Shown: positions 48,295 through 58,810 of the stretch, piece after piece
Position numbering within the stretch: position 1 is the first letter of the stretch
How the letters are laid out: every line of letters begins with the position of its first letter
Assembly (NCBI GenBank): GCA_015232825.1
Contig: JADFYY010000001.1
Coordinates: forward strand, 20,978 to 84,977
Source: Magnetococcales bacterium
Lineage (GTDB): Bacteria > Pseudomonadota > Magnetococcia > Magnetococcales > Magnetaquicoccaceae
DNA length: 64,000 bases
Reading direction: 5' to 3'
Position numbers and translations under genes: made by a program
Notes under the pieces: generated by a model
The model's input: only the letters and a program-made list of their open reading frames with translations
Databases searched by the model: none
What the model was told of the DNA's origin: nothing

Positions 48295-51200
48295 ATGCCA
48301 AAGGATATCCGCAGTCTTCCTGAAGGAGTTGGACAAGTCAGCACCGTGGTGGTGTTGGGATTAACTTCCCTGCTCATTAACGTGCTGGGATTGCTTATGC
48401 CCCTGCTCATGATGCAGATCTTCAATCGCATCATTCCGAATCAATCCTTAAGCACCCTCTCGATGCTGGTGACTGCTGTATTGGCCTCACTGGTGGTAGA
48501 AAACGCGCTTCAAACCTTACGTACCCATGCCATCGGTTGGATTGGGGCCAGATTCGTTCATAAAGGCAGTTGCCGACTTTTACGCCGTTTGCTATTCGCC
48601 GAACCCCGTGAATTTGAACGGGTGGATGGTGCCAAATATTTGGAACAGATGAACGCCATTCACACCATTGGCGATCTCTACTCTGGCCAAGCCATGCTGA
48701 CGTTGTTCGACTTTCCGTTTTTATTGATGTTTTTGGTTATTCTTTATAGCTTGGGTGGGTATTTGGTGATCGTTCCCCTAGTCACACTCACTTTCATCAC
48801 CCTTTTTTCCACAATTATGGGAGAAAAACTCCATAAGACTCTGAACAAAGATATGGAGGTGAGTCAGCGGCGTTTCAGCTTTATTACCGAAACCTTGGGA
48901 CGAATTCATGCCGTCAAATCCATGGCGATGGAAGCCCTGATGCTACGTCGTTATGAAATGTTGCAACTAACCAGTCTGCGACACACCTATGACATCATTT
49001 TTACAGGCAGCATTATCCCGACATTTTCTGCGTTTGCCAGTTATGCCAATACCGCCCTCATTGTTAGTCTGGGAGCCACCCAAGTGATTGAGGGGGAGAT
49101 GACCATGGGTGGATTGGCGGCCTGCACCATGCTAGCGGGTCGAACCTTGCAACCCTTACAAACCTTGGTGCGTGGTTGGACCCGCCTGCAATCCTCCCGC
49201 ATGGCCCAACAACAGATCAACGCCCTTTTCACCATTCCACAACGGGTTGAACCTGTTGACTCCCTAAAACAGGTTGTCATCGAGGGAGCCTTGGATCTCC
49301 AGAATGTCACCTGCCAATTCGACAAAGATCCGCCGATCTTGAAAAATCTCTCCCTCTCGGTCAAACCAACAGAGTGTATCGGCTTGATCGGAAAAAGTGG
49401 TGATGGCAAGACAACCTTGCTCAAACTTATCTCTGGGGCTGTGATGCCCTCGCAAGGGGCTGTACTGGTGGATGGCAACAATCGGAATACACTGCCACCC
49501 CATTTGCATTCCAGCATCGGCTATATTCCACAGACCGGAATTTTGTTCAATGCCACCATTTTAGAAAATCTGACCATGTTTGATGAGTCCCGCAATGATA
49601 TCGCGATTAATATCTCGACAGAATTGGGACTAGACGCCATTGTTTCACGCATGCCAAAAGGGTATCAAACCTCCATCGGTGAAGGGGTTTCCGACATTCT
49701 GCCTGCCGGGGTGATTCAACGTGTCGCCATCATTCGCATCCTGACCATGCAGCCAAAAATTCTTTTGTTCGACGAGGCCAACACCGCCATCGACTCGGCT
49801 GGCGATATCTTGTTGCGCAACTATCTTGAAAAATTAAAAGGAAGCTGCACCATTGTTCTGGTGTCGCAACGTCCCTCGTTGCTACGGATTACAGATCGTT
49901 GTTTTCAGTTCAAGGATGGCGCACTGGAGCCTCTGGTCCATTTCATGGATGCCCTAACTGCAATGCCAGCTCAACCAACAGCGGTTCAGGCCGAACAAAC
50001 CAAAGTCTCTCCGGTTGTCAACATCCAAGAAGAGTATATCCCGTCGGATATTCAGGCCGCCCAGGTGGCCAATACTGTCAACTGGCAGGAATATCTGCAA
50101 CAGTTGAAAGAACAAAATCAATTTACTTGGTGTCTGAAGGGTCTCCTAGAAGGGTTGCAATGGCACGGCACCGGGCGGCAACTGGCGGAAGCCATTCCCC
50201 ATCTGTTGGGCAAACTGGACTTGACCGATCTGTGCAACGTCATGGCCAACCTTAACTTTTACCATAAAGTGGATGAAGGGTTGGTTGAAAATGTCGATAC
50301 CCGCCTTCCCCCCTTTCTCTTTGTCTTCAATAACGGTCGAGCCGTGGTGATTTTGAAGAAACTCAACAATTCTGAAATGCTCATCGTGGATGGTGACAAC
50401 GGCAAGCAATACCAAACCCGATTGCAGGGCAAGGGGACCGCTTACTTTTTCTCCCCGCAAAAACAAAACGTCGGTCAATCCAACTGGGTACAATCCCAAC
50501 TGCTCCGTTTCCGTTCTTTGATCTGGAATATCATAGGAATCACCATCCTTGGCAGCATTATGTCTGTCGCCATGCCGCTTTTTGTGAGGGCTGTTTATGA
50601 CAGAGTCATTCCAACCGGCTCTATTTCAACTGGCGTTGTCCTGCTGATCGGCACAATACTCGCTCTGACGATTGATGCCATCTTGCGTGTGCGCCGCATT
50701 CACCTTCTGGCCTACATTGGAACCAAAATTGAACGCTCTTTGGGCAGCATCATTTTAAACCAAATCATGGGACTGCCCGCGAGCTTGACAGAACAGGTCT
50801 CTGCTGGCAATCAAGTCTCTCGCATCCGCTCCCTGGAAGTGGTACGCGAAATATTGACTGGACCTTTGGCCTTATTGGCCTATGACATCCCAATCACTTT
50901 GTTATTTCTTTTTGTGCTATTTATTATCAATCCAAGCGTCATTATTATGATTTTGATCTTGATTGTAACCATGAGTGTGCTGGCTGTGGTCATGCTGCCT
51001 GCCATCAAGTACCATTCAAATATTGCCTCGCAATACAACTCTCAACAGCAGGCCTTTTTGACCGAGGCGTTGAGCCGTATTCAAACCATCCAAAGCACCC
51101 ATGCGGAGGAACTCTGGTTTGATCGTTTCCGGGAGATCTCTGGCAAGGCGACACGCGCCAGTTTTCGTCTCGCCATGATGTCTGGCTATTTGACAACTCT

Positions 51201-52173
51201 GGCACGATTCCTAACCATGGCTTGCGGCATTCTTGTCATCAACGATACCGCCCGCACCGTGATGACCTCTACGGAAGTCGGTAGCGGAGCGATTGTTGCG
51301 GCCATGCTTTTGACGTGGCGTATTCTATCTCCCTTACAAACCCTCTTTTTGGGTATCACGAAAATCGTTGGTATTTTCAACAGCGTCACTCAGCTCAACC
51401 GTTTAATGGATCTCAAAGGTGAACGGGGCTTTGGTGTGATTCCCATGGCCAGAAAACAGTTCAAGGGAGAAATCGCCTTTGCTCGCGTCTCCTTTCGTTA
51501 TTCCAGCGACACGGAACCGGCTTTGGTGGGTGTCACGTTTCGTGTCGCGCCCGGTTCTGTGGTGGCGGTGATCGGTGCCAACGGCTCTGGCAAATCTACT
51601 CTGATGAAGATGATTCTTGGCTTGTATGATCCCCAAGCTGGCAGTGTCCTCATCGACAACAACGACATCCGCCAGATCAATGCCATTCAGTTACGTCAAT
51701 CCATCAGCTATTTGCCGCAGCAATGCGACATCTTTTTTGGCTCTGTTGCCCAGAATCTGCGCTTGGTCAAGCCCGATGCCAGCGATGAAGAGTTAAGGGA
51801 GGCTGCCCAACAAGCTGGCCTGCTCGAAGATATTCTCCAATTGCCCAAAGGATTCGACTCCCGTCTGCAAGACAGTCGTAGCGACCAGCTCTCTGCTGGG
51901 TTCAAGCAACGCCTCTCTTTGGCTCGCGCTTTATTGAAAAAGAGTTCAATCATCCTGTTTGACGAGCCTGCCAATAACATGGATGCCAGTAGTGAAGCTC
52001 TTTTCCGCCAAGCGGTCGAAAGATTACGTGGCACCACCACGATCTTTATTGTCACCCATCGACCCAGCCATCTGCAACTGGCTGATTATGTTCTTTATCT
52101 GGACCGGGGTTATCTGCGTGCTGCAGCCCCCCCCAAGGAAGTCGAAAAATTGCTTCCAAGATCATTTGTCTAG
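48295..52173 (+). CDS. Tandem-fused T1SS ABC transporter (TMD-NBD-C39-like linker-TMD-NBD)
   Basis: Two TMDs and two NBDs: GKSGDGKT/LPAG/FDEAN and GANGSGKS/LSAG/FDEPA/THR. Confidence 0.88.
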   Translation: MPKDIRSLPEGVGQVSTVVVLGLTSLLINVLGLLMPLLMMQIFNRIIPNQSLSTLSMLVTAVLASLVVENALQTLRTHAIGWIGARFVHKGSCRLLRRLLFAEPREFERVDGAKYLEQMNAIHTIGDLYSGQAMLTLFDFPFLLMFLVILYSLGGYLVIVPLVTLTFITLFSTIMGEKLHKTLNKDMEVSQRRFSFITETLGRIHAVKSMAMEALMLRRYEMLQLTSLRHTYDIIFTGSIIPTFSAFASYANTALIVSLGATQVIEGEMTMGGLAACTMLAGRTLQPLQTLVRGWTRLQSSRMAQQQINALFTIPQRVEPVDSLKQVVIEGALDLQNVTCQFDKDPPILKNLSLSVKPTECIGLIGKSGDGKTTLLKLISGAVMPSQGAVLVDGNNRNTLPPHLHSSIGYIPQTGILFNATILENLTMFDESRNDIAINISTELGLDAIVSRMPKGYQTSIGEGVSDILPAGVIQRVAIIRILTMQPKILLFDEANTAIDSAGDILLRNYLEKLKGSCTIVLVSQRPSLLRITDRCFQFKDGALEPLVHFMDALTAMPAQPTAVQAEQTKVSPVVNIQEEYIPSDIQAAQVANTVNWQEYLQQLKEQNQFTWCLKGLLEGLQWHGTGRQLAEAIPHLLGKLDLTDLCNVMANLNFYHKVDEGLVENVDTRLPPFLFVFNNGRAVVILKKLNNSEMLIVDGDNGKQYQTRLQGKGTAYFFSPQKQNVGQSNWVQSQLLRFRSLIWNIIGITILGSIMSVAMPLFVRAVYDRVIPTGSISTGVVLLIGTILALTIDAILRVRRIHLLAYIGTKIERSLGSIILNQIMGLPASLTEQVSAGNQVSRIRSLEVVREILTGPLALLAYDIPITLLFLFVLFIINPSVIIMILILIVTMSVLAVVMLPAIKYHSNIASQYNSQQQAFLTEALSRIQTIQSTHAEELWFDRFREISGKATRASFRLAMMSGYLTTLARFLTMACGILVINDTARTVMTSTEVGSGAIVAAMLLTWRILSPLQTLFLGITKIVGIFNSVTQLNRLMDLKGERGFGVIPMARKQFKGEIAFARVSFRYSSDTEPALVGVTFRVAPGSVVAVIGANGSGKSTLMKMILGLYDPQAGSVLIDNNDIRQINAIQLRQSISYLPQQCDIFFGSVAQNLRLVKPDASDEELREAAQQAGLLEDILQLPKGFDSRLQDSRSDQLSAGFKQRLSLARALLKKSSIILFDEPANNMDASSEALFRQAVERLRGTTTIFIVTHRPSHLQLADYVLYLDRGYLRAAAPPKEVEKLLPRSFV

Positions 52174-52203
52174 ACTTTTTTGTTGCCAAGGAGCCGGTTG
52201 TTT

Positions 52204-53502
52204 ATGTTTCAAAACCGATTTTCCCGACATCTTTCCGATGCGCAAATTCTGGAAGAGACAGGCGTTTCATGGCTGGTGAAACTGTTTCTGGCCGAAACCA
52301 TTTTACTGACCCTCTTTTTTCTTTGGCTGTTCGCCTATATCAATACGGATGAAGCGGTCAAGGCAACGGGTGAATTTTTGCCTATACAAGGTGTTCAACT
52401 GGTTCACTCTGCGGAAGGCGGAATTGTCACGGAAATCATTGCAAAAAATGATCAACTCGTTGAAAAAGGATCCCTTTTGCTTCGTTTGAGCAATGCTGTC
52501 ATCAATTCGGAACAGCAACAAGTAGAGGCGCGTCTCATGGGTTTGATGGCTCGTGCCATTCGTCAGGAGGCCTTCTTGCAAGGAAGCAAACCCAATTTTG
52601 AATCCATTCCAGACAAATATGCGGCTGTGGTTCGGGAGCAAATTGCTTTGCTTGACACCCAAAACCAAGTACGTCAAAAAGGTTTGGAGGTTTTTGACGC
52701 ACAAATCAAACAAAAGCAGTCTGAAATCGACCTTTCTACACAAAACCTATTAACTGTCAACAAAAGCTTGGCGATTAATACAGATCTGTTGGTATTGCAA
52801 GAAAATCTTGGCAAAAAAAAGCTGGTTTCCCACCTTTCTCAACTAGAAGCCAAACGGGTCTACCTAGAAAGTGAAGGCAAAAGCAAAACCCTGTCGAGCC
52901 AAATCAAACAGAACCAATCGGCCCTTCAGGAAGTAAAAGAGAAGAAAACTCTTTTTGAAAAAGATCTCCAAAATCAGGCCAAGCAGGAACTTGGAGCGAT
53001 CAACAACGAAATTTCTCAAGTGAAGACGCTTCTGGAGCGGGTGACCGACCGGAAAAACAATCAAGACGTCCTTTCCCCCATTCAAGGCCGGGTGCAAAAT
53101 TCGCGAGTTAAAACTTTGGGTTCGGTTTTCAACCCAAGCGACATACTTATGGAGATTGTTCCAGAAAATTCAGAGCTACAACTGACCGTACAAATTACAC
53201 CAAAGGATATCGGTTATGTATCTCCTGGTCAAAAAGTTTCTATTCAGGTCAGCAGTTACGATTACAATCGCTTTGGCGGGGCCAAGGGTGAATTGATTTC
53301 CATCTCTCCATTTACCCAAATGGATGCTGAAAAAAAGGCTTTTTACAAAGGAATCGTCAAACTGGAATCGCCCTTTGTCGGTGACCCCAAGTTTAAACAT
53401 GCCATTTTGTCTGGAATGAAGGCAAATGCGGATATTATTTCTGGCAACCGCTCCATTTTGTCATACATTCTCAATCCATTGACGCATGCGGGACGACCCT
53501 AA
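52204..53502 (+). CDS. Second HlyD-family membrane fusion protein
   Basis: TM helix, VHSAEGGIV, coiled coil, SPIQGRV and KDIGYV..GQ. Confidence 0.88.
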   Translation: MFQNRFSRHLSDAQILEETGVSWLVKLFLAETILLTLFFLWLFAYINTDEAVKATGEFLPIQGVQLVHSAEGGIVTEIIAKNDQLVEKGSLLLRLSNAVINSEQQQVEARLMGLMARAIRQEAFLQGSKPNFESIPDKYAAVVREQIALLDTQNQVRQKGLEVFDAQIKQKQSEIDLSTQNLLTVNKSLAINTDLLVLQENLGKKKLVSHLSQLEAKRVYLESEGKSKTLSSQIKQNQSALQEVKEKKTLFEKDLQNQAKQELGAINNEISQVKTLLERVTDRKNNQDVLSPIQGRVQNSRVKTLGSVFNPSDILMEIVPENSELQLTVQITPKDIGYVSPGQKVSIQVSSYDYNRFGGAKGELISISPFTQMDAEKKAFYKGIVKLESPFVGDPKFKHAILSGMKANADIISGNRSILSYILNPLTHAGRP

Positions 53503-53594
53503 AACAATTTGGAACCATTTATTAAATTGATATTGTCCGGCGATGACCGTATGATGTATCAATACTCTAATCAAGCAATCGTCAAGGAAATCTC

Positions 53595-55541
53595 ATGGAA
53601 CCGCACTCTTCCAATTTGCCTTTGACTAAACGTCAAAATGAGATATTGAAACTCGTTCAATCTGGCCTCAGCAACAAAGAGGTGGCTAGAATTCTAGATA
53701 TCAGTGATGGGACAGTCAAACAGCACCTTGTAGAAGTCTATCGCCGCTTGAAAGTCAACAACCGGACGAAAGCGGCACAAATGAGTTCTACGGATCAATC
53801 CGTCTTCCTCTCTCCAGAAAAAAAAGAGAGTGTCAGTAGAGGGCAGACCAAAACCATCACATTTTCTGCGGCATTGCAACCTTTGCATTGTGTGAAAATT
53901 CACCTATGCAATCCATACGCCTTACTACATAAACTGGGAAATAAAACTTTTACTCAATTAAATCACAATCTTAAAACGGCCTGTGAACAATCAGCACGCC
54001 GGTTTGATGGGGTGGTTCAAGGAAGTATCGAAGGGCCTCTGGTGTTGTTTGGTGCCACGATTATTCGTGAAGACGACTCCTTGCGTGCGGTCTGTTGTGC
54101 AGGAATGGTAATGGAAATCATGGAGAAACATTTAGCTCCAATGATGCTCCCAGCTCCAGCCATCCAGATTGTTGTTTATTCCGTGAATGTTATCTCCTGC
54201 ACCGATGGACAAACCACGACCATTCAAGGGGAATTGCTGACGCAAATCAGCGAGGAGGGCAGACCATCCAACCACCGCCATACAGTGATCGTTCTTTCCC
54301 CAGACACCCAACGAGCGGTAAGTCGTTTACGAGCGCGGTATGGTCCACTTTCGCCCCTTTTTCCGGGTAGTACCGCGTGTCCTTTATCGGTCAGAGATTC
54401 TTTCTCGGCCCCTGCCCCATTGACTCCTTTTGTCGGACGAGAAGCAGAACTGGCCGAGTTGCATCAGCAGTTAGCATTGGCTAGACAGGGCAACAGTAAA
54501 GCCTTGCTGGTGGTTGGCGAAGCTGGATTTGGCATGACTCGATTGGTACAACAGTTCAGAGAGGAAATTTCTAGCCAACCGGATGTGCTGTGGTTGCATA
54601 GCCATTGCCATTCGGTTTTCCGCATGGTGCCATTACACCCCTTTTTGACAATTTTGGAGCTTCTTGCTGGATGTGAGAAAGTCGCTCCAATTGCACAACG
54701 CTGGGAGCAACTGACCCATTGGGTAACAAACCTATCTCCGCCTTTGGCCAAAAGTGGACGGATGGTACTCTCTTTACTGAAAGAGACCGCCGTACCCGCT
54801 TCTCAGCCTCAAACAATACGGCAGGACGACATCATTTTTGACGAATTGGCCCATTTCATTGGAGCGGTTCTTCCGTCGAATCCAGCCGTGATCGTTTTAT
54901 CTTTGGATAATCTGCAGTGGATGGATCACTATTCGCGATTACTGCTTTCCCATTTGGCCAACCGATTGAATGGCACCCGCATTTGGCTGCTTGGGGCTGG
55001 CAGAAAAGCCGAGTTGCGGACTGTCCTCACCCACTCCTCTTTGCAGGTACTCTCCTTGTCCCGTTTGGCCAATCGGGAGATTCAGGGCATGCTGAAACAA
55101 ATGCCTGTCGCCACACAATTCGACTTAGAACAAACCGATCTTTTGCTCAAATGGAGCCGTGGCGTTCCCTTGTTTGCCGTAGAAATCGCCCAACATCTAG
55201 TCCAGCTTAAAGAATCGGTTCTCCTTGAAACGATTCAGGCGCACAATCTGTTTCCAGATTCTTTGCTGAGCATGGTTTTGGAACGGCTTCAAGCCATATC
55301 TGGCATGGATTGGAAGATGATTCGCGCCTTGGCGGCCAGTAGCGAGGAGGTCAGCATGTCCCATTTGCTCTCTTGGAATCTGCATGGGGATGCGCAAGCC
55401 ACAGAGGCGGTCACAACCCATCTTTTTCAAGCCGGTCTCCTACAAATTACGAGTCAAGGCCAACAAAAAATCATCTCTTTTAGCAACGAGATGGTACGCG
55501 CCGCAATTCGCAAAACCCTGTCGGAAATCGATTTGGTTTGA
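53595..55541 (+). CDS. N-terminal LuxR HTH + degenerate cyclase-like + AAA/STAND-like regulator
   Basis: LTKRQ.EIL...GLSNKEVA..L.IS.GTVK.H; LVLFGA....EDD..RAV; FVGREAEL; GEAGFGMT; LDNLQWMD; GVPLF. Confidence 0.75.
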   Translation: MEPHSSNLPLTKRQNEILKLVQSGLSNKEVARILDISDGTVKQHLVEVYRRLKVNNRTKAAQMSSTDQSVFLSPEKKESVSRGQTKTITFSAALQPLHCVKIHLCNPYALLHKLGNKTFTQLNHNLKTACEQSARRFDGVVQGSIEGPLVLFGATIIREDDSLRAVCCAGMVMEIMEKHLAPMMLPAPAIQIVVYSVNVISCTDGQTTTIQGELLTQISEEGRPSNHRHTVIVLSPDTQRAVSRLRARYGPLSPLFPGSTACPLSVRDSFSAPAPLTPFVGREAELAELHQQLALARQGNSKALLVVGEAGFGMTRLVQQFREEISSQPDVLWLHSHCHSVFRMVPLHPFLTILELLAGCEKVAPIAQRWEQLTHWVTNLSPPLAKSGRMVLSLLKETAVPASQPQTIRQDDIIFDELAHFIGAVLPSNPAVIVLSLDNLQWMDHYSRLLLSHLANRLNGTRIWLLGAGRKAELRTVLTHSSLQVLSLSRLANREIQGMLKQMPVATQFDLEQTDLLLKWSRGVPLFAVEIAQHLVQLKESVLLETIQAHNLFPDSLLSMVLERLQAISGMDWKMIRALAASSEEVSMSHLLSWNLHGDAQATEAVTTHLFQAGLLQITSQGQQKIISFSNEMVRAAIRKTLSEIDLV

Positions 55542-55545
55542 TTTT

Positions 55546-57531
55546 TTACTCACCCTCACGGTTGGATCGCAACACCACTCCATCCTGATTACCCTCTTTT
55601 GTCGAGACGGAAATCCGTGCGGCAATACCAGCAATCGGAATCCATCCCACATCTTTGCCGGTACGTTTATTGATCATCGACATGGCCTCCAGGAGTTCAG
55701 CTTGGGAGGAAAACGGACCCACCAGCACACGGGTCAATATTTTGTCGTCTGGGGATTTAATTTTCTCCGACCAGCTCGGAATTCCGACATCTGCCAAATT
55801 TCTGACCCTATTACCCAACAGATCTGCGTCCACAAACGTTCCGACATGCACCATGAACCACCCCTCATCCAGGATCAAGGGAAACGGCTTAGGCAAAGCA
55901 TTTTGGGTTTTGTTGGCCAGCAGCACGGAACTAGCCGATTGTGCTGGATCACGCTTTGACCAATCCTTGTCGGTCAATTCTTTCAAGGGTCGAATTTGAT
56001 CGGCAATCAGAGGTGCGGGTTGACTCTGTTCCAGAACATTCAATCTGGCTTGCAGTCCCTCCTCGATTTTTTGGGAATCTTTGGTTGGATTGGCTTTGAC
56101 CTCTGCAATGGCCTGTTTCAACCGTTGGGAAGCGGCTTTGGTCACCTCATCTCGGCCAGCCTCGGCCACTTTTACAGACTCTTCATGCAGGTCTGGTCGG
56201 GACGGAGAAGAGGGAGAAATGAAACGACCCAGAGCCTTCCAGAGACGGATTAAGGCCAATTGAGCTTGATAACGATGACGGACCAAGTTGGTACGCAAGG
56301 TATGGACTTCGTATTGAGCATTCAGCACATCCGTCAAAGTACGAATTTTGGCGCGAAAGCTCTCCTCCATTCCTGCCGTTGCCTTTTCGCTGAAACTCAA
56401 AGCTTGTTCCAGATCTGCGATGGCATTTTTATGATTTTTTAGGTCGTAGCGGGCCTCTTCCACCTCTCGTTTGGCTAGGTTGCGCAAGCGATCCAGATCG
56501 GTCATGGAGGCCTCTTTCATGGCCACAGCTTCACGAGTTCTGCTGACGGTCTCCATGCCTTTAAAGATGGGGACATTCAGCACCAACTGCACGGTATGGG
56601 AATTTTCCTTGCCGGAATAAGGAGATACGATTGTGCCAAATTCTTTATCCCAGGAGTGGCTGGCCGTGTAATTAAAATCGACCGTAGGCAGATGAGCGGC
56701 GCGTTCCATATCCTCGGACATCAAACTTTCCTTCATCCGAGCCCGTGCAGCCCAGATCTCCGGTCGATCTTCGATCCATCTCCAGATATTTTCTTTCAGG
56801 TCAGAGGGTTCATCCCAAGAATAGACCGGCAAGGAAAGGGAGTCATCGGGATCTTCCCCAACCACCTCACGGAACAAAGCGGCCTCTTTTTCCAAGGTGT
56901 TCAGTGCGTCCTGGTAGCTGGCATCGGCCTGTTTGAGACGGGAGGCCGCCTGATGCACATCAATTTCGATGGACTCACCAGCATCCAGACGCAAGGTATT
57001 TTCTTCGAGTTGATGCTTGGAGACTTTTTGAAATTTGACAGCCAACTCCAAAACCTCTTTGGCTTCAAGCCAATTGGAGGTTACGGTTCCCACGCGCAAG
57101 GCAATTTCTTGACGCATGGCGATCAAATCGGCATAAGCCGCTTCGATCACGACTCCGCTTTGGGCATGATCAATCCAGAAAGGGGCATTGATCACCCGTT
57201 GATCCACGCTCAAGGTAAGGCTTTTAGGAGAGGAGTGTGGTTCAGGTTTGTATGAATTATGAGTCCCTTCGCGCAAGACATCCAAGCCGCGCACATTGAC
57301 GTTGGGCAACAGTTTAGAAAAGGTCTTGGGGTCATCCTCGCGTGCGGCGCGAAGTAGGGCCTCAGAGCGATGAATTTGTGGATTTTTGGCTTGTGCAGTA
57401 TCGACTGCCTTCCAAAACGCCATGACATCGGCTTCACTCTGAGTAGGATACAACCATCCACAAAAAGAGAGTACTCCTCCAACCAATAAAGATCGGGCGA
57501 GGACAGAAGCGGAATTGCTAAGTTGAGTCAC
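55546..57531 (-). CDS. TolC-family outer membrane protein with a C-terminal SPOR-like domain
   Basis: Signal peptide, OEP repeats (LLPNV, HLPTVD, LNVPIFKG, RTLTDVLNAQ) and the C-terminal VHVGTF...RVLVGPFSS. Confidence 0.85.
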   Translation of the reverse strand: MTQLSNSASVLARSLLVGGVLSFCGWLYPTQSEADVMAFWKAVDTAQAKNPQIHRSEALLRAAREDDPKTFSKLLPNVNVRGLDVLREGTHNSYKPEPHSSPKSLTLSVDQRVINAPFWIDHAQSGVVIEAAYADLIAMRQEIALRVGTVTSNWLEAKEVLELAVKFQKVSKHQLEENTLRLDAGESIEIDVHQAASRLKQADASYQDALNTLEKEAALFREVVGEDPDDSLSLPVYSWDEPSDLKENIWRWIEDRPEIWAARARMKESLMSEDMERAAHLPTVDFNYTASHSWDKEFGTIVSPYSGKENSHTVQLVLNVPIFKGMETVSRTREAVAMKEASMTDLDRLRNLAKREVEEARYDLKNHKNAIADLEQALSFSEKATAGMEESFRAKIRTLTDVLNAQYEVHTLRTNLVRHRYQAQLALIRLWKALGRFISPSSPSRPDLHEESVKVAEAGRDEVTKAASQRLKQAIAEVKANPTKDSQKIEEGLQARLNVLEQSQPAPLIADQIRPLKELTDKDWSKRDPAQSASSVLLANKTQNALPKPFPLILDEGWFMVHVGTFVDADLLGNRVRNLADVGIPSWSEKIKSPDDKILTRVLVGPFSSQAELLEAMSMINKRTGKDVGWIPIAGIAARISVSTKEGNQDGVVLRSNREGE

Positions 57532-57674
57532 GGCAGCATCCTTGACAAATAAATTAACCTTATTTCAACATTTTACAAAACATCCGCAACACAGTTTTCC
57601 TGGTTAACAAGTGTCTTGTACATTACAAACCGTTATCAAACAGATAAAAAATCTCGCCATTGTTTGGCATAGAC

Positions 57675-57704
57675 TTGCAACCCTGACAACCCATTTGATA
57701 TACT
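57675..57704 (+). promoter_or_regulatory. Sigma70-like promoter for tRNA-Thr
   Basis: TTGCAA-N18-TATACT with an extended TG, 50 nt upstream of the tRNA. Confidence 0.5.
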
Positions 57705-57754
57705 TGCTACTCTGTTCTGGCTGACATGTAATAAGCGGAACTCGCAAAAATCAT

Positions 57755-57830
57755 GCCGACGTAGCTCAATTGGCAGAGCAACGGATTTGTAATCCGTAGG
57801 TTCGGGGTTCGATTCCCCGCGTCGGCTCCA
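57755..57830 (+). tRNA. tRNA-Thr (UGU)
   Basis: 76 nt. GCCGACG/CGTCGGC acceptor stem, anticodon arm ACGGA-TT-TGT-AA-TCCGT, GTTCGATTC T-loop and encoded CCA. Confidence 0.98.
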
Positions 57831-57969
57831 AAAAAAATCAAATTTATAGATGATTAAAAAGAGGGTCAGGCGTTGTTTGTTCTCACCGTTCTCAAGATGT
57901 TTCCCTCCTAATAGAAGCTTATTTCACACCTTATCTCAGACAGACTTACAAAGAAAGTACAGAGAAATT

Positions 57970-58809
57970 ATGAAAAATATTCATAAAAAATACATAATTC
58001 ACGGATGGTTAGCAATTTTTTTCCTATGGATCGGATCACCGTCCTGGGCTGCAGAACCGATTCGCATCAGTGGAACCGGTGCCGCCATTTCTGCCATAAA
58101 ACAAGTAACCGAGCTTTATCGCCAACGCCAACCAGAGATTCAAGTACAATTTTATCTACCACCAATGGGCAGTAGTGGTGCCATCAAGGCTCTGACCACC
58201 CACACCTTAGATATGGCCTTAAGTGGCCGTCCCCTGAAAAAAGAAGAGGAAACGGCTGGCTTGATGCAGGAATGGATTGGTCGTTCCCCCTTTCTTTTTG
58301 TCGTTCACGAAAAATTACTGGCACCCAATGTCACCCTCGCGCAATTAGTCGAGATCTTTTCAGGTCGCCAAAAAACTTGGCCGGATGGCTCACGGGTCCG
58401 TGTCATCCTGCGTCCGCAAGCCGATGCGGATACCGTACTTCTCAAAGCGATTTCTCCTGCCATGGATGAGGCCATCACTACGGCCCATGCCAATCGCGCT
58501 TCTGGTTCCGCTTTGGCGGATACGGATATTGACCTTGCCAACATGGTCGAACGTGTGCCGGGAGGAGTCGGAGCGGTCGCATTGACCCTGATTCTCGCAG
58601 AACAACGCCCTCTCAAGGGGTTAACTCTAGACGGGGTGGAACCAACTGTTCCAGCACTTGAAAAAAATAATTATCCATATTATAAACCATTTTTTTTGAT
58701 TACCAGGACGGATGCTCCAGCCCCTGTGCGTGCATTGGCCGATTTTCTTCTCACAGATGAAAGCAAGGCATTATTGTTGAAACTCGGCATCTCTGCTACC
58801 AAACCATAG
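57970..58809 (+). CDS. Periplasmic substrate-binding protein (PstS/PBP_2-like)
   Basis: Signal peptide, [29 protein letters not shown]....W and YPYYKP. Confidence 0.82.
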   Translation: MKNIHKKYIIHGWLAIFFLWIGSPSWAAEPIRISGTGAAISAIKQVTELYRQRQPEIQVQFYLPPMGSSGAIKALTTHTLDMALSGRPLKKEEETAGLMQEWIGRSPFLFVVHEKLLAPNVTLAQLVEIFSGRQKTWPDGSRVRVILRPQADADTVLLKAISPAMDEAITTAHANRASGSALADTDIDLANMVERVPGGVGAVALTLILAEQRPLKGLTLDGVEPTVPALEKNNYPYYKPFFLITRTDAPAPVRALADFLLTDESKALLLKLGISATKP

Positions 58810-58810
58810 T

